This document shows, piece by piece, positions 18,467 to 28,073 of a stretch of 64,000 nt of DNA. The DNA comes from an uncultured Acidimicrobiia bacterium (GTDB taxonomy: Bacteria > Actinomycetota > Acidimicrobiia > Spongiisociales > UBA11373), in NCBI GenBank assembly GCA_964614095.1, contig CAZTJO010000002.1:32043-96042 (forward strand), written 5' to 3'. Position numbers and translations under genes: made by a program. The notes beneath the pieces are model-generated. The model had not been told where the DNA came from, made no database searches, and saw only the letters and a program-made list of their open reading frames with translations. The first letter of the stretch is position 1; every line of letters begins with the position of its first letter.

Positions 18467-20074
18467 GTGCGGTCCCGGCGCCTTGGGGCGGGGCGGCTTG
18501 CCGGGCCGGTTTCGGGTAGAGGCACGGCGGTGAGTTCCGCGTCAACAGCGTCCGGGCCGGGTGCAAGTGGCGGCCGTTCGCTGTGGGGGCGGCTCGGCGA
18601 CGTTCGGCAGGACGGATGGGGCGGCGCCGGGCCGGGGGCAGCGGTGCTGCGGCTGGCCAAACGTATTGGGGCCCCGCGGCTCATCCTCGCCGGAGTGATG
18701 ATCACGTGGTTCATCGTTTTCGCCGTGCTCGTCTTCATGCGGCATGACCGTTTCGGCAGCTTCGGATTTGACCTTGGCATCTTCGACCAGTCGATCTGGC
18801 TGCACAGCCGCGGCGCCGGTTTCAACACGGTGCGCGGGATGCAGACGCTCGGCCACCACGGCTCGTTCGGGTTCTTCCTGCTGGTTCCGTTCTATTGGCT
18901 TGGCGCCGGTCCCCACTTCCTCAACCTGTTCCAGGTAGCTGTTGTTGTGCTCGGAGGAGTGCCTGTGTTCATGGCGGCAAAGCGTGTGCTCGGCAACGAG
19001 TGGCACGCGCTGATCCCGGCCATCGCCTTTGTCGTTAACGGGGTTCTGCAGTGGCATTTCCAGGAGATGTTCCATCCCGAGGTCATTGCCATCACGCCGT
19101 TCCTCTGTGCCTATGTGGCGGCTCAGCGCCGGCGCTGGCTCCCGTACGCCCTGTTCCTCGCCCTCGCTGTCTGCTGGAAGGAAGACGTTGCCTTGGCTGC
19201 GCTCATGCTGGGCGTCCTGCTCCTGTGGCGGGGGCAACGCAAGGTGGGCCTGCTGACGATGCTCGGTGCCGCCGCCTGGTTCGCCTTCGTCAACCAAGCG
19301 CTCATCCCTCTCTTCAACAGCGAGGGGGCGTTCTACGGGCAGTTTTTTGGTGATCTGGGCAGCTCGCCGATTGAGGTGATCGGTTCGGTGATCACCAACC
19401 CGGGCCTGATCCTGGAGCGGTTGTGGGAGGCCGATATCCTGTGGTACCTGTGGTATCTGGCCGTGCCCTTCGGCCTGCTGTCGTTCCTCTCTCCCGGGGT
19501 GCTGCTCATCGGGCTGCCGCAAATCCTCATCAACCTGCTGTCCGTCAATTCGTTCACCTGGGAATATAGGTTCCACTACGCCGCCCTTCCGGTGCTCGCC
19601 TTCACCATCGCCATGATCGAGGGCCTGGGGAAGTTCAGGCGCCTGCCGACGCGCCGTTTCGCTTTAGGCCTCATTGCCGTTCTGGGCCTGTGTTCCGTTG
19701 TTGTGATCGGCATCTCCCCGGTCAGTACCCACTTCCGAGACGGCCATTGGCCACTCGCCGGGAACCAGAGGCAGCAGGTTATGGAGCGTGCCCTGACGCT
19801 GCCGGGACCGGACGACACCGTCTCGGCCACCTACGGGTTTGTGCCCCACCTCACCCATCGGCACGAGATCTATGAGTTCCCCAACCCGTGGATCCCGTAC
19901 AACTGGGGGGTCAGGAATGAGAACCAGCGTTCTGCCGAATCGGTGGAGTGGCTTGTCGTCAACGAGTGGTCGATAGGGGAAGAGGATCGTGCCCTGGTCG
20001 ACACCATCGTGGCCGGGGAAGGGTGGGAAGTGGTGTTCTATGAGGAGGGCGTGCTTGTGGCGCAGCACAGATGA
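18467..20074 (+). CDS. Polytopic membrane protein, DUF2079-like (candidate GT-C-type glycosyltransferase using polyprenyl-P-mannose); N-terminal ~70 aa low-complexity, so the true start may be downstream
   Basis: Ten or more predicted TM helices with the FDLGIFDQSIW motif. Starts immediately after the ppm1 stop. Family call is from memory of DUF2079 and not verified. Confidence 0.5.
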   Translation: MRSRRLGAGRLAGPVSGRGTAVSSASTASGPGASGGRSLWGRLGDVRQDGWGGAGPGAAVLRLAKRIGAPRLILAGVMITWFIVFAVLVFMRHDRFGSFGFDLGIFDQSIWLHSRGAGFNTVRGMQTLGHHGSFGFFLLVPFYWLGAGPHFLNLFQVAVVVLGGVPVFMAAKRVLGNEWHALIPAIAFVVNGVLQWHFQEMFHPEVIAITPFLCAYVAAQRRRWLPYALFLALAVCWKEDVALAALMLGVLLLWRGQRKVGLLTMLGAAAWFAFVNQALIPLFNSEGAFYGQFFGDLGSSPIEVIGSVITNPGLILERLWEADILWYLWYLAVPFGLLSFLSPGVLLIGLPQILINLLSVNSFTWEYRFHYAALPVLAFTIAMIEGLGKFRRLPTRRFALGLIAVLGLCSVVVIGISPVSTHFRDGHWPLAGNQRQQVMERALTLPGPDDTVSATYGFVPHLTHRHEIYEFPNPWIPYNWGVRNENQRSAESVEWLVVNEWSIGEEDRALVDTIVAGEGWEVVFYEEGVLVAQHR

Positions 20075-21640
20075 GTGGGGCCGGAGCACCGGGCCGGCGG
20101 CAGGGCTTCGATGACTGAGCCTGCCAACGGCACCCGGAGCCGGGCGGACTCTCGGATCGACCCTCGCCTCCTGGCGAAGAGAGATCCTTTCATCGACGTC
20201 GTGCGGGTGGCATGCATCTGCATCGTTGTGTTCGGCCATTGGCTGACCACGACTGTGGTATGGGCCGACGGCGGCGTCGACGCGGTCAACGCGCTCGAAG
20301 TGATCCGGGCCGGCCGGCTGACCACTTGGCTGGTTCAGGTGATGCCGCTGGTGTTTTTTGTCGGCGGGTTTGCCAACGCGGTGAGCCTGTCTCGTCACCG
20401 CGGGTACCTGCCCTACCTGGAAGCGCGTTTGGGGCGGCTGCTGCGCCCCGCCTACGTGTTTCTTGCGGTGTGGCTCGCCGTTGCCGCCATCATCGAGATT
20501 GTGGACCCCGGCGCTCCGGGTAAGGCCGAGGCGGCGGAGGTGGCGGCGCTGCCGCTGTGGTTCCTCGGCATCTACGTCGTGGTGGTGGCGCTGGCGCCGG
20601 CGGCGTGGAGGCTGCACCAGCGGGCCCGCTTCACCACCATCATCGCCCTCGGTCTGGGCGTGGCCGTGGTGGACATCGTCTCCCTTGGAGGCGGGATGAC
20701 CGACCTGGGCGGTCTCAACTACGCCCTCATGTGGATCCTGGCGCATCAGATCGGCTTTCTCTACGCCGATGGGACGCTGGGGCGTCTGGGTTGGCGCGGG
20801 GCCGCCCTGCTTGCCGGTGCCGGCCTGGCCGGGCTTGTCCTTCTTACCACCGTCGGCAATTACCCGGTGAGCCTGGTCGGGGTGCCCGGGCAGGCTCGGT
20901 CGAACGCGCAGCCTCCCAGCGTTGCCATGGTCGCCCTCACTGTGTGGCTCCTGGGCCTGGCTCTCCTGCTTCGCCACCCCGTCCGGCGGCTGTTGTCCCA
21001 CCGCTGGTTCTCTAGTGCGGTGACTCGAATCCACGCCGTGGTGCTGACGATGTTCCTTTGGCATGTGACCGCCATCTCGGTGGCCGGAGGGGTTTGGCAC
21101 TCCGTGGGCCTGCCTGAGCCGGAGATCGGCTCCCTGCAGTGGTGGGCGCTGCGTCCGCTGTGGCTGCTGATGGCGGTGATTCCTTTGGCGGCGCTGCTTC
21201 TTGTGTTCGGCCGCATCGAGAGGCACCCGGAGGGCAAGCCGGGAGGGCTCTCGGCCGGGCGGGCGGCCGCGGCCGGCTTCGGCGTGTTTGCCGTCGCCAT
21301 CGGCGTGCTCGGCTTCGGCGAAACGGGTTTTTTGCCGCTGGCGCCTGCCCAGGGTGAGGCTCTGCTCATGTTCGACCTGAATCCGCTGCAGAACGTCTTT
21401 CACCTTCTTGTAGGGACCGCCGTGGTACTAACGCTGCGGCGCGGGAGGGCGCCATCCGCCGCGGTGGCGCTGGTCGGAGCCCTACTTTTTGTGGGTTTTG
21501 GGCTGCTGGCGATCTTGGGCTGGGGAATCGTCGACCCGCTCGGTATGGACGGATTCACCGGCGACGCCCACATCGTCGCCGGGGGCGCCGCTGTGCTCTT
21601 GCTGCTCGTGGTGCTGGCGCTGGAACGAGTCAGGAGCTGA
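20075..21640 (+). CDS. Acyltransferase family 3 (integral membrane O-acyltransferase)
   Basis: RDPFIDVVRVACICIVVFGHW N-terminal signature of acyltransferase_3, with many TM helices. Start may be ATG 20111. Confidence 0.7.
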   Translation: MGPEHRAGGRASMTEPANGTRSRADSRIDPRLLAKRDPFIDVVRVACICIVVFGHWLTTTVVWADGGVDAVNALEVIRAGRLTTWLVQVMPLVFFVGGFANAVSLSRHRGYLPYLEARLGRLLRPAYVFLAVWLAVAAIIEIVDPGAPGKAEAAEVAALPLWFLGIYVVVVALAPAAWRLHQRARFTTIIALGLGVAVVDIVSLGGGMTDLGGLNYALMWILAHQIGFLYADGTLGRLGWRGAALLAGAGLAGLVLLTTVGNYPVSLVGVPGQARSNAQPPSVAMVALTVWLLGLALLLRHPVRRLLSHRWFSSAVTRIHAVVLTMFLWHVTAISVAGGVWHSVGLPEPEIGSLQWWALRPLWLLMAVIPLAALLLVFGRIERHPEGKPGGLSAGRAAAAGFGVFAVAIGVLGFGETGFLPLAPAQGEALLMFDLNPLQNVFHLLVGTAVVLTLRRGRAPSAAVALVGALLFVGFGLLAILGWGIVDPLGMDGFTGDAHIVAGGAAVLLLLVVLALERVRS

Positions 21641-21726
21641 GCCCGGCCCCGCCGGCGGAAGTGGCGGCGACGGCGCTCGTCAAGGTCGGTGAGCGGCCAC
21701 AATGGGGTGGGCGAGCCGGGAGCGGG

Positions 21727-22284
21727 ATGCACGACGGGTTCGATCCATGGGCCGATGACGAGCGGGCCGAGGCTTCCGCGCCGGAAGCGGCCGATATCGA
21801 GCTGCTCGCCATCGAATTCGAGGACGGCCTGCGCGCCCAGGAGGCCCTGATCGCCTCGCTGCGGCTGCACCGGCGCGGGGCTATTCGCCTCGACGACGCT
21901 GCCATTGTGGTAAAGGACCCCCGAGGCAAGATCCGTATCCACCAGACCAAGGATGTGACCCCGGGCCAGGGGGCGATGGCCGGAACCTGGCTGGGCATGC
22001 TGGCCGGCCTGTTCTTTCTGGTGCCGTTTGTGGGTGCAGCACTCGGGGCGGCCATCGGGGGGATCTGGGCCAAGCTGCGGGACATCGGCATCTCCGACCG
22101 GCAGATGAAAGAAATGGGCGAAGAGCTGGCGCCCAAATCGGCGGCACTCTTCCTTCTCCTCGATCCGGCGGCGCCGACAACCCTGGTACGCGAGATGCGG
22201 CGTTTTGACGGCAGGGTGCTGCACTCCACGCTCGACGAGGGCCTCACCTCCGAGATCAGGGCTGCTCTTGATGAGGTGGTGTAG
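21727..22284 (+). CDS. DUF1269-family membrane protein (general stress-type)
   Basis: AIVVKDPRGKIRIHQTKD...GAAIGGIWAKLRDIGISDRQMKEMGEELAPKSAALFLLLD resembles DUF1269. Start chosen at ATG 21727. Confidence 0.6.
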   Translation: MHDGFDPWADDERAEASAPEAADIELLAIEFEDGLRAQEALIASLRLHRRGAIRLDDAAIVVKDPRGKIRIHQTKDVTPGQGAMAGTWLGMLAGLFFLVPFVGAALGAAIGGIWAKLRDIGISDRQMKEMGEELAPKSAALFLLLDPAAPTTLVREMRRFDGRVLHSTLDEGLTSEIRAALDEVV

Positions 22285-23293
22285 TCGATTCTCGGAGAAC
22301 AGTGACGCCGCCGGGCTCGACGGCTAGGCGTATCGTGGTACCCGGCTTGGGGGCGCCCCGCAGCAGGGCTTCGATGACAATGTCACCGGTTTCGATCTCG
22401 ACGAGATAGTCGGTGCCTCTGAAGAGCCGGGAGCGCAACACTCCTTCGATGGGGCCTCTGGGATCGACGGACAAGGCCTCTGGGCGAATGACCAGGCGGG
22501 CTGGCCCCTCGGCGGCATCACGGGGGGCCGGGATGACGCCGAGCGGTGTGGTGGCCCAGCCGCCCTCGATGGTGCCCGGCACCAGGTTTTGCTGGCCGAG
22601 GAATCTGGCCACGGTTTCGTTGGCCGGGCGGGTCCAGACACCTTCCGCGGTCCCTATCTGAAGTATGGAGCCTTTATCGAGCACGGCGACACGGTCGGCG
22701 AGGGTGAATGCCTCGGTCTGATCGTGGGTCACGTAGAGGGCGGTGATGCCGAGACGGGTCAGCAGAGATCTCAACTCGATGCTGAGACGCTCTCGCAGTG
22801 CCCGGTCCAGTGAGCCGAGGGGCTCGTCGAGGAGGAGCATGCGCGGTCCCGGGGCCAGGGCGCGGGCCAGGGCAACTCGCTGCGCCTCGCCACCGGACAG
22901 TGTGCCCATGCGGCGCTTCTCAAAGCCGCGCAGCTCAACCCGTTCCAGGGCTTCGGCGGTGCGCCGCCGGCGCTGCTCGGCGGGAACACCCTGCATGCGC
23001 AGTCCGAAGGCCACATTGCCGGCCACGTCGAGGTGGGGGAACAGGGCGAAATCCTGGAACATGAGCCCGAAGTTGCGCTGATGGGTGGGCACGGTGGTGA
23101 GATCCTCGCCGTTCCAGGTGACACTGCCCGTGTGCAGCGGTTGCAGGCCGGCGACGGCGCGCAACAGGGTGGTTTTGCCCGAACCGCTGGGCCCGAGCAC
23201 GGCCACCACCTCGCCGTCGGCCACCGATATGGAAACGTCGTCGAGGGCCACGGTCTCCGAGAACCGGACGTTGGCGGTGAGCACGGCGAGCAT
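22256..23293 (-). CDS. thiQ: ABC transporter ATP-binding protein (ThiQ/FbpC-type, with C-terminal TOBE-like domain) of the thiamine uptake system
   Basis: Walker [12 protein letters not shown], signature LSGGEAQRVALARAL, Walker B LLLDEPL. ATG overlaps the permease stop (TGATG). The 735-aa track ORF carries a spurious N-terminal extension. Confidence 0.85.
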   Translation of the reverse strand: MLAVLTANVRFSETVALDDVSISVADGEVVAVLGPSGSGKTTLLRAVAGLQPLHTGSVTWNGEDLTTVPTHQRNFGLMFQDFALFPHLDVAGNVAFGLRMQGVPAEQRRRRTAEALERVELRGFEKRRMGTLSGGEAQRVALARALAPGPRMLLLDEPLGSLDRALRERLSIELRSLLTRLGITALYVTHDQTEAFTLADRVAVLDKGSILQIGTAEGVWTRPANETVARFLGQQNLVPGTIEGGWATTPLGVIPAPRDAAEGPARLVIRPEALSVDPRGPIEGVLRSRLFRGTDYLVEIETGDIVIEALLRGAPKPGTTIRLAVEPGGVTVLRESTTPPHQEQP

Positions 23294-24957
23294 CAGAACG
23301 TCCCCAGTCCCGGGGTGCGAAAACGTTCGATCAGGAAGATCGAGATGGCGGTGACGATCATCAGGATGACACTCATCGCCATTGCCCGGCCGAAGTTGAA
23401 CGCTCCCGGCTGGCCCAGGAAGCGGTAGATGGCCAGCGGAAGCGTCTGAGATGTCTGGGGCCGGGCTACGAGTGAGGTAGCGCCAAATTCGCCGAGTGAG
23501 ACGGCAAAGGCGAAGCCGGCTCCGACGGCGGTGGCGCGCGCCACGATGGGCAGATCTATCTCGCGCCACACGCGGTGGGGCGGGGCGCCGAGCACGGCGG
23601 CCGCCTCGCGCAGGCGCTGGCGCACCGAACGCATCACCGGCACCACGGAACGCACCACAAAGGGCACGGCCACCAGGGCATGGGCGAGCGGGATCAGGAT
23701 CCAGGAGGCGCGCAGGTCGATGGGGGCATCGAGGGCGACCAGGAAGCCGAAGCCGATGGTGACCGCGGAGGTCCCGAGGGGCAGCATTAACAGGGCGTCG
23801 AACCAGCGTGAAAGGCGGCCCCGCCTGCGGGCGATGACGGCGGCGGCACAGAGGCCGACGAGCAGCGCGATACCAGTGGCGACCACGGCGAATGAGGCCG
23901 AGTTGCTGATGGCCTTGATGGGATCGGCGATTTGGGCTCCGGTGCGGGTGCCCTCGCCGAGATCCCGGTAGAAGCCGAAACCGTAGCCGGCCTCGCCGTG
24001 CAGCGATCGTTCCACCAGCACGGCGATGGGCCCGCCGAGCAGGAGAGCCATCGAGGCGAGCACACCGGCGACCAGGGCGCGCTGGCCGCGGGTGCGCGGC
24101 CGGGTCGCTACCTCGGCGGCGGGTCGCAGGCCCTGCTCTACCGCGCTGCGCTCCTGATACCGGGAATAGGCGGTGAGGATGGCGGTGACCCCGATCATCT
24201 GGATGATCGCCAACACGGCGGCCGTGGGGAGATCCAGAAGCTGTTTGGCCTGGCGGTAGATCTCCACCTCCAGCGTGGCCAGCCCGGGCCCGCCGAGGAT
24301 CAGGACCACGCCGAACGAGGTGAAGGTGAAGAGGAAGACGATCGAGGCGGCGGCGGCAATGGCGGGACGCAGCAGGGGCAGGGTGACGCCGGTGAAGGCC
24401 CGCCACCGGCTGGCTCCCAGTGAGCGGGCCGCCTCCTCGAGGGCGGGATCCAGATGGGACCACAGGCCGCCGACGGTGCGCAGGACGACGGCGTAGTTGA
24501 AGAACACATGGGCGGCGAGGATGGCCCAGATGGTCCCGTCGAGATCTACGCCCAGCAGTCCGTTGCTCCCCACGAGTGCCAGGAACGCGGTGCCGACGAC
24601 AACCGTGGGGAGCACAAAGGGCACGGTGGCCGCGGCCCGCAGGAAACGTTTGCCGGGAAAGTCATAGCGGGCGAAGACGTAGGCGCCGGGAAGGGCGACG
24701 ATGAGGGTGAGCACGGTCGAGGCGGCGGCCTGCCACAAGGTGAACCAGGCTACGCCGAGCAGGTCGGCGTTGGTGAGCACCTCACGCAGCGATGTGAAAT
24801 CGAATCGGCCGCCGGGGGAGAGGCTGGTGAAGATGATCGAGGCCACCGGCCATATGAAGAACATGGCCAGGAAGGCCAACGGAATCGCGGCCAGCGCCGC
24901 AATGGCCCAGGAGAATCGCCTCACCGCACCACTATTGTCGTCCACTCGTCGAGCCAA
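23293..24957 (-). CDS. thiP: Thiamine/iron-type ABC transporter permease with two fused transmembrane domains (ThiP-like)
   Basis: Two repeats of the binding-protein-dependent transport EAA-loop pattern (EEAARSLGASRWRAF... and REAAAVLGAPPHRVWREI...). 554 aa with about 12 TM helices. Confidence 0.85.
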   Translation of the reverse strand: MARRVDDNSGAVRRFSWAIAALAAIPLAFLAMFFIWPVASIIFTSLSPGGRFDFTSLREVLTNADLLGVAWFTLWQAAASTVLTLIVALPGAYVFARYDFPGKRFLRAAATVPFVLPTVVVGTAFLALVGSNGLLGVDLDGTIWAILAAHVFFNYAVVLRTVGGLWSHLDPALEEAARSLGASRWRAFTGVTLPLLRPAIAAAASIVFLFTFTSFGVVLILGGPGLATLEVEIYRQAKQLLDLPTAAVLAIIQMIGVTAILTAYSRYQERSAVEQGLRPAAEVATRPRTRGQRALVAGVLASMALLLGGPIAVLVERSLHGEAGYGFGFYRDLGEGTRTGAQIADPIKAISNSASFAVVATGIALLVGLCAAAVIARRRGRLSRWFDALLMLPLGTSAVTIGFGFLVALDAPIDLRASWILIPLAHALVAVPFVVRSVVPVMRSVRQRLREAAAVLGAPPHRVWREIDLPIVARATAVGAGFAFAVSLGEFGATSLVARPQTSQTLPLAIYRFLGQPGAFNFGRAMAMSVILMIVTAISIFLIERFRTPGLGTF

Positions 24958-26021
24958 GCCTCACGGTTGGCGTCGATTGTGGCCGGGTCGATGGTCAGGG
25001 GGCTCCGGGGCACCGAGGTGTTCTCCAGAAACTCGGCGGGGAGATCGGCTTTGGCGTTGGCCGGGTACATGTACATGTTGAGCGGGATGTCTTCCTGGAA
25101 CCGCTCCGAGAGCATGAAGTCGATGAGCAGCGCTGCGCCTTCGGGATTGGCGGCGCCGCGCAGGATGCCGGCAAACTCGATCTGACGAAAGCAGCCTTCG
25201 CTGACAACAGCGGTGGGCGCCTCCTCGAGGGGTTCCTCGGCGTTGATGATCTCGGCCGGAGGCGACGAGGCATAGGAGACCACGATAGGGCGGTCACCGG
25301 TGCCCGAGCCTCCGGAGAATGCTCCGTAGTAGGCGGTCTCCCACCCATCGGTGACGAGCACGTCGTTGTTTCTCAGATCGGCCCAGTAGTCGCGCCAGGT
25401 GTAGTCGGCGTCCTCGGGGAAAGTGGCGATGGTGGCGAGCAGGAAGGCGAGGCCGGGAGAGGACGTTGCCGGATTCTCGACGACGAGTTTGCCCGCGTAG
25501 GCCGGGGCGACCAGATCCAGGAGAGTTCCGGGCGGGGCCAGAGCGTCGAAAGCCTCCTTGTCGTAGTTGAGGCAGACGTCGCCGTAGTCAATCGGGGTGG
25601 CCCGGAACTCCGGGTCAAGCTGCAGCTCTGCAGGCACATCGGCCAGGCCGGGACTCTCATAGGGGACCAGGACGTCGTTGTCGAGGGCGCGCGAGAGAAA
25701 GGTGTTGTCCACTCCAAAGATCACATCGGCAAAGGGATTCCCTGCGGTGAGTATCGCCTGGTTGAGCACCAGGCCGGCGTCACCGGCGGCGAGGATCTCG
25801 ACCTCGAAGCCGGTGGCGGCGGTGAATTCGTCGAGCACTGCCTCGGAAACGAGGAACGAATCGTGGGTGAGGAGGCGCACGACGCCGGCCGGCGTCGAAG
25901 AAGAGGTGGCTTCTTCAACGCCGGCGGACGTCGTTGGTGCCCCACCCGTTGCCGTGGCGTCGTCACCGCAGGCGGTGGCGGCAAAGACGAGAACCGAAAG
26001 CGCGGCAATCCGTGCCCTCAC
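24921..26021 (-). CDS. tbpA: Thiamine ABC transporter substrate-binding lipoprotein (TbpA/ThiB-like)
   Basis: Signal peptide with lipobox (VLVFAATAC|GDD) and periplasmic-binding-protein fold segments. GTG start at 26021 overlaps the TPK stop (GTGA). Confidence 0.75.
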   Translation of the reverse strand: MRARIAALSVLVFAATACGDDATATGGAPTTSAGVEEATSSSTPAGVVRLLTHDSFLVSEAVLDEFTAATGFEVEILAAGDAGLVLNQAILTAGNPFADVIFGVDNTFLSRALDNDVLVPYESPGLADVPAELQLDPEFRATPIDYGDVCLNYDKEAFDALAPPGTLLDLVAPAYAGKLVVENPATSSPGLAFLLATIATFPEDADYTWRDYWADLRNNDVLVTDGWETAYYGAFSGGSGTGDRPIVVSYASSPPAEIINAEEPLEEAPTAVVSEGCFRQIEFAGILRGAANPEGAALLIDFMLSERFQEDIPLNMYMYPANAKADLPAEFLENTSVPRSPLTIDPATIDANREAWLDEWTTIVVR

Positions 26022-26665
26022 ATCTGCCGCCCCACTCGGATGACGATGAGCACTCCCTCGTCCACGATGATCGTGGCCGAGTGACCGGTCAATTCGTTGC
26101 TTACCCCCCGAGTGGAACCTGGTGAGAGAGTCTCGCTGGCCAGGGGCCAACGGAGATTGTTTGAAGAGACGCCCTGGGCGGGCCCACCGGCGGCAAGGAG
26201 GGTCACTTTGTCGCCGGGCTCTCCCCGGAGTACGACCCGGTCGTGCACGATGGCCACGTGCGCTCCCTTGACCCACCAGCGCGGACGAAGGCCGGCAAAT
26301 CGAGGGGAGGCAAGCAGGAGGGCGTTGGCCAGCAAATGGTCGATGCGGTCCCATCCCGCGCCCCCCACCACGATTGCAGGAGAGAGACCGCGGGCAGCTG
26401 CGGCCTCCAGTGCCAGTTCGAGATCGGAGACGTCCTTGTCCTCCGGATGGCGCTCGATTTTGGCGCCCGCTTCGGTTGCTGCGGCGAGCTCGGCCGGATC
26501 GGCCGAATCCAGGTCACCGACGACCAGATCCACGTTGACCTTGAGGCCGATTGCGGTGTGGAGGCCCGAGTTGGCGGCGATCACGAACGCATCGCTCGGA
26601 AGCATGGGGGACACGTCGCGCGTCACCGGATCGCCCCCGGCGAAGATGATGACTGGCGTCTCCAT
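26018..26665 (-). CDS. thiN: Thiamine pyrophosphokinase (TPK)
   Basis: 215 aa with VIIFAGGDP N-terminus and VVGDLDSADP (GDxDS Mg site). First gene of the operon downstream of the TPP riboswitch. Confidence 0.75.
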   Translation of the reverse strand: METPVIIFAGGDPVTRDVSPMLPSDAFVIAANSGLHTAIGLKVNVDLVVGDLDSADPAELAAATEAGAKIERHPEDKDVSDLELALEAAAARGLSPAIVVGGAGWDRIDHLLANALLLASPRFAGLRPRWWVKGAHVAIVHDRVVLRGEPGDKVTLLAAGGPAQGVSSNNLRWPLASETLSPGSTRGVSNELTGHSATIIVDEGVLIVIRVGRQM

Positions 26666-26770
26666 GGCTCCCTCCGCTGGAATTACCCAGATCAGGTTCC
26701 GCGGGTCGGTGACGTTGCCTTGCGGCCGGCCACCCTCTCAGCTCGGCTAGCCCGAGCTCCCCGGAGCCCT
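26666..26770 (-). ncRNA. TPP (thiamine pyrophosphate) riboswitch controlling TPK-tbpA-thiPQ
   Basis: Minus strand reads ...GGGGAGCUCGGGCUAGCCGAGCUGAGAGGGUGGCCGG...GCGGAACCUGAUCUGGGUAAUUCCAGCGGAGGGAGCC-AUG. It has the conserved CUGAGA and ACCUGAUCUGGGUAAUnCCAGCGnAGGGA cores. The SD (GGAGGGAG) is embedded in the 3' end, immediately 5' of the TPK ATG. Confidence 0.85.
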
Positions 26771-26822
26771 TCAATCGTACCACTGGGGCTGTGGACAAGT
26801 TCGTGGTAGGGGGGGCCGTGCC

Positions 26823-27596
26823 TCAGAAGGCGGTGCGGCTTCGTCGAATAGCGATGCTGAGCGCGGCCCGGAGAGCGGGCAGCGTCTCCTCGGCGAGGAC
26901 GCGGTGCCCCTCGTCGGAGGCGTGGAACAGATCTGCGGCAAAGAGTGAGGGGTCTTCCCAGAAGGCCGTGGAGATGGGTCCACGGGTGTATACCTTCACC
27001 GTTGTGGGTCGGGAAACGGCGATGGATGCGCAGATGTCGTCGAAGACGCGTGCTCTCCACGACAGAAAGGGGCGAAGGGCGTGAGGGAGTCGGGGGATGG
27101 AGCCCAGGTCGCCGATGCCCGTGAGCACGGTGGCGCCGGCGCCGTGCTCAAGCCGGGAGATTATGTGAGCCATCGACGTTCGATAGGCCCGTGTGGGCGT
27201 GGCGCGGATCGCGTCGTTGGCTCCGACGGCGACGAGGGCGATGTCGGGGCGTAGCGCTACCGCCTCTTCCAGCTGGCCGTCGACGACATCCTGGACTCTC
27301 GATCCGCCCACGCCGAGCGAAATCAGCTCGACGCGATAGTCGGTGGCCAGGCGGGAGGCAAGCCGTCGTACCCAGATGTTGTCCAGGTGGGCCAGTCCGG
27401 GTCCGGTTAGGGAGCTGTCTCCGAGGGCAACAAACCGCAGCGGCGGCGATTCGGGATCCCCAAACAGCCCGGAGGCATCGGCGTTGGAGAAAGAGGGCAG
27501 GTCCTTGCGATTGGCGGCGCGAAGTACTTGCGAGGCGAGATACCCGGCAGCCGTCAGTGGCAGCGCTGGGACGGTGGCGAGGAGGCGTCTGGCCAT
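26823..27596 (-). CDS. SGNH/GDSL-family hydrolase; start uncertain (track ORF extends to 27782)
   Basis: FVALGDSSLTG (GDS block I), GANDA block III, and DEGH (DxxH) catalytic block. ATG at 27596 gives MARRLLATVPALPL... Confidence 0.7.
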   Translation of the reverse strand: MARRLLATVPALPLTAAGYLASQVLRAANRKDLPSFSNADASGLFGDPESPPLRFVALGDSSLTGPGLAHLDNIWVRRLASRLATDYRVELISLGVGGSRVQDVVDGQLEEAVALRPDIALVAVGANDAIRATPTRAYRTSMAHIISRLEHGAGATVLTGIGDLGSIPRLPHALRPFLSWRARVFDDICASIAVSRPTTVKVYTRGPISTAFWEDPSLFAADLFHASDEGHRVLAEETLPALRAALSIAIRRSRTAF

Positions 27597-27633
27597 GGGG
27601 GGCGAGCCTATCAGGGCGGAGCTATGCCCGATC

Positions 27634-27837
27634 TCAGCGGAGCCGACGGTCGGTGGCAGCCATGTCGGCGGCGTACCAACACAGGCCGGCGATGAGAAAG
27701 GCAACGCCGCCGAGAATGACGGCGAGAAACGAGGCGAATACCGTCGCCCAAAAAACGAGGCCCGACCCGGCGAGGGCGGCAATTATGCCGAGTGCGCCGG
27801 CAGGTCGGGCCAGCCAGTCGGGGAGGTCGGCGAGCAT
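27634..27837 (-). CDS. Possible small two-TM membrane protein (67 aa)
   Basis: Hydrophobic 67-aa ORF (GIIAALAGSGLVFWATVFASFLAVILGGVAFLIAGLCWY) upstream of the SGNH gene on the same strand. No homolog recognised. Confidence 0.25.
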   Translation of the reverse strand: MLADLPDWLARPAGALGIIAALAGSGLVFWATVFASFLAVILGGVAFLIAGLCWYAADMAATDRRLR

Positions 27838-28073
27838 CTTTGGACTCTACCGTGCCGGATCAAACGTATTCACCCGGCCAGGTTCTTGTCGGCTCTCGAC
27901 GATCGTGGTGTCGGGTGGATTGCGGTAGCGTGCGGTTTGATGTGCAGTTGCCTTCTGGCCGGGGCCGGTGCCCGATCGGCGTCAGCGCTCGGTCGGACCG
28001 GAGGAGAGAAACCGGATGGGCATGGCACGGCGCGGCCCGGAGCCTGCGGCGGCGAGATTCCGGGCAGGACCGC

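Noticed and set aside
19664-21403. 579-aa minus-strand ORF antisense to the membrane protein and acyltransferase genes
   Set aside because: Composition dominated by R/P/G/H. Overlaps two well-supported plus-strand genes. High-GC frame artefact.
22256-24463. 735-aa form of the thiamine ABC ATPase ORF
   Set aside because: The N-terminal 390 aa are antisense/out-of-frame overlap of the permease gene. A genuine Met sits at the permease stop (TGATG), giving a 345-aa ATPase.
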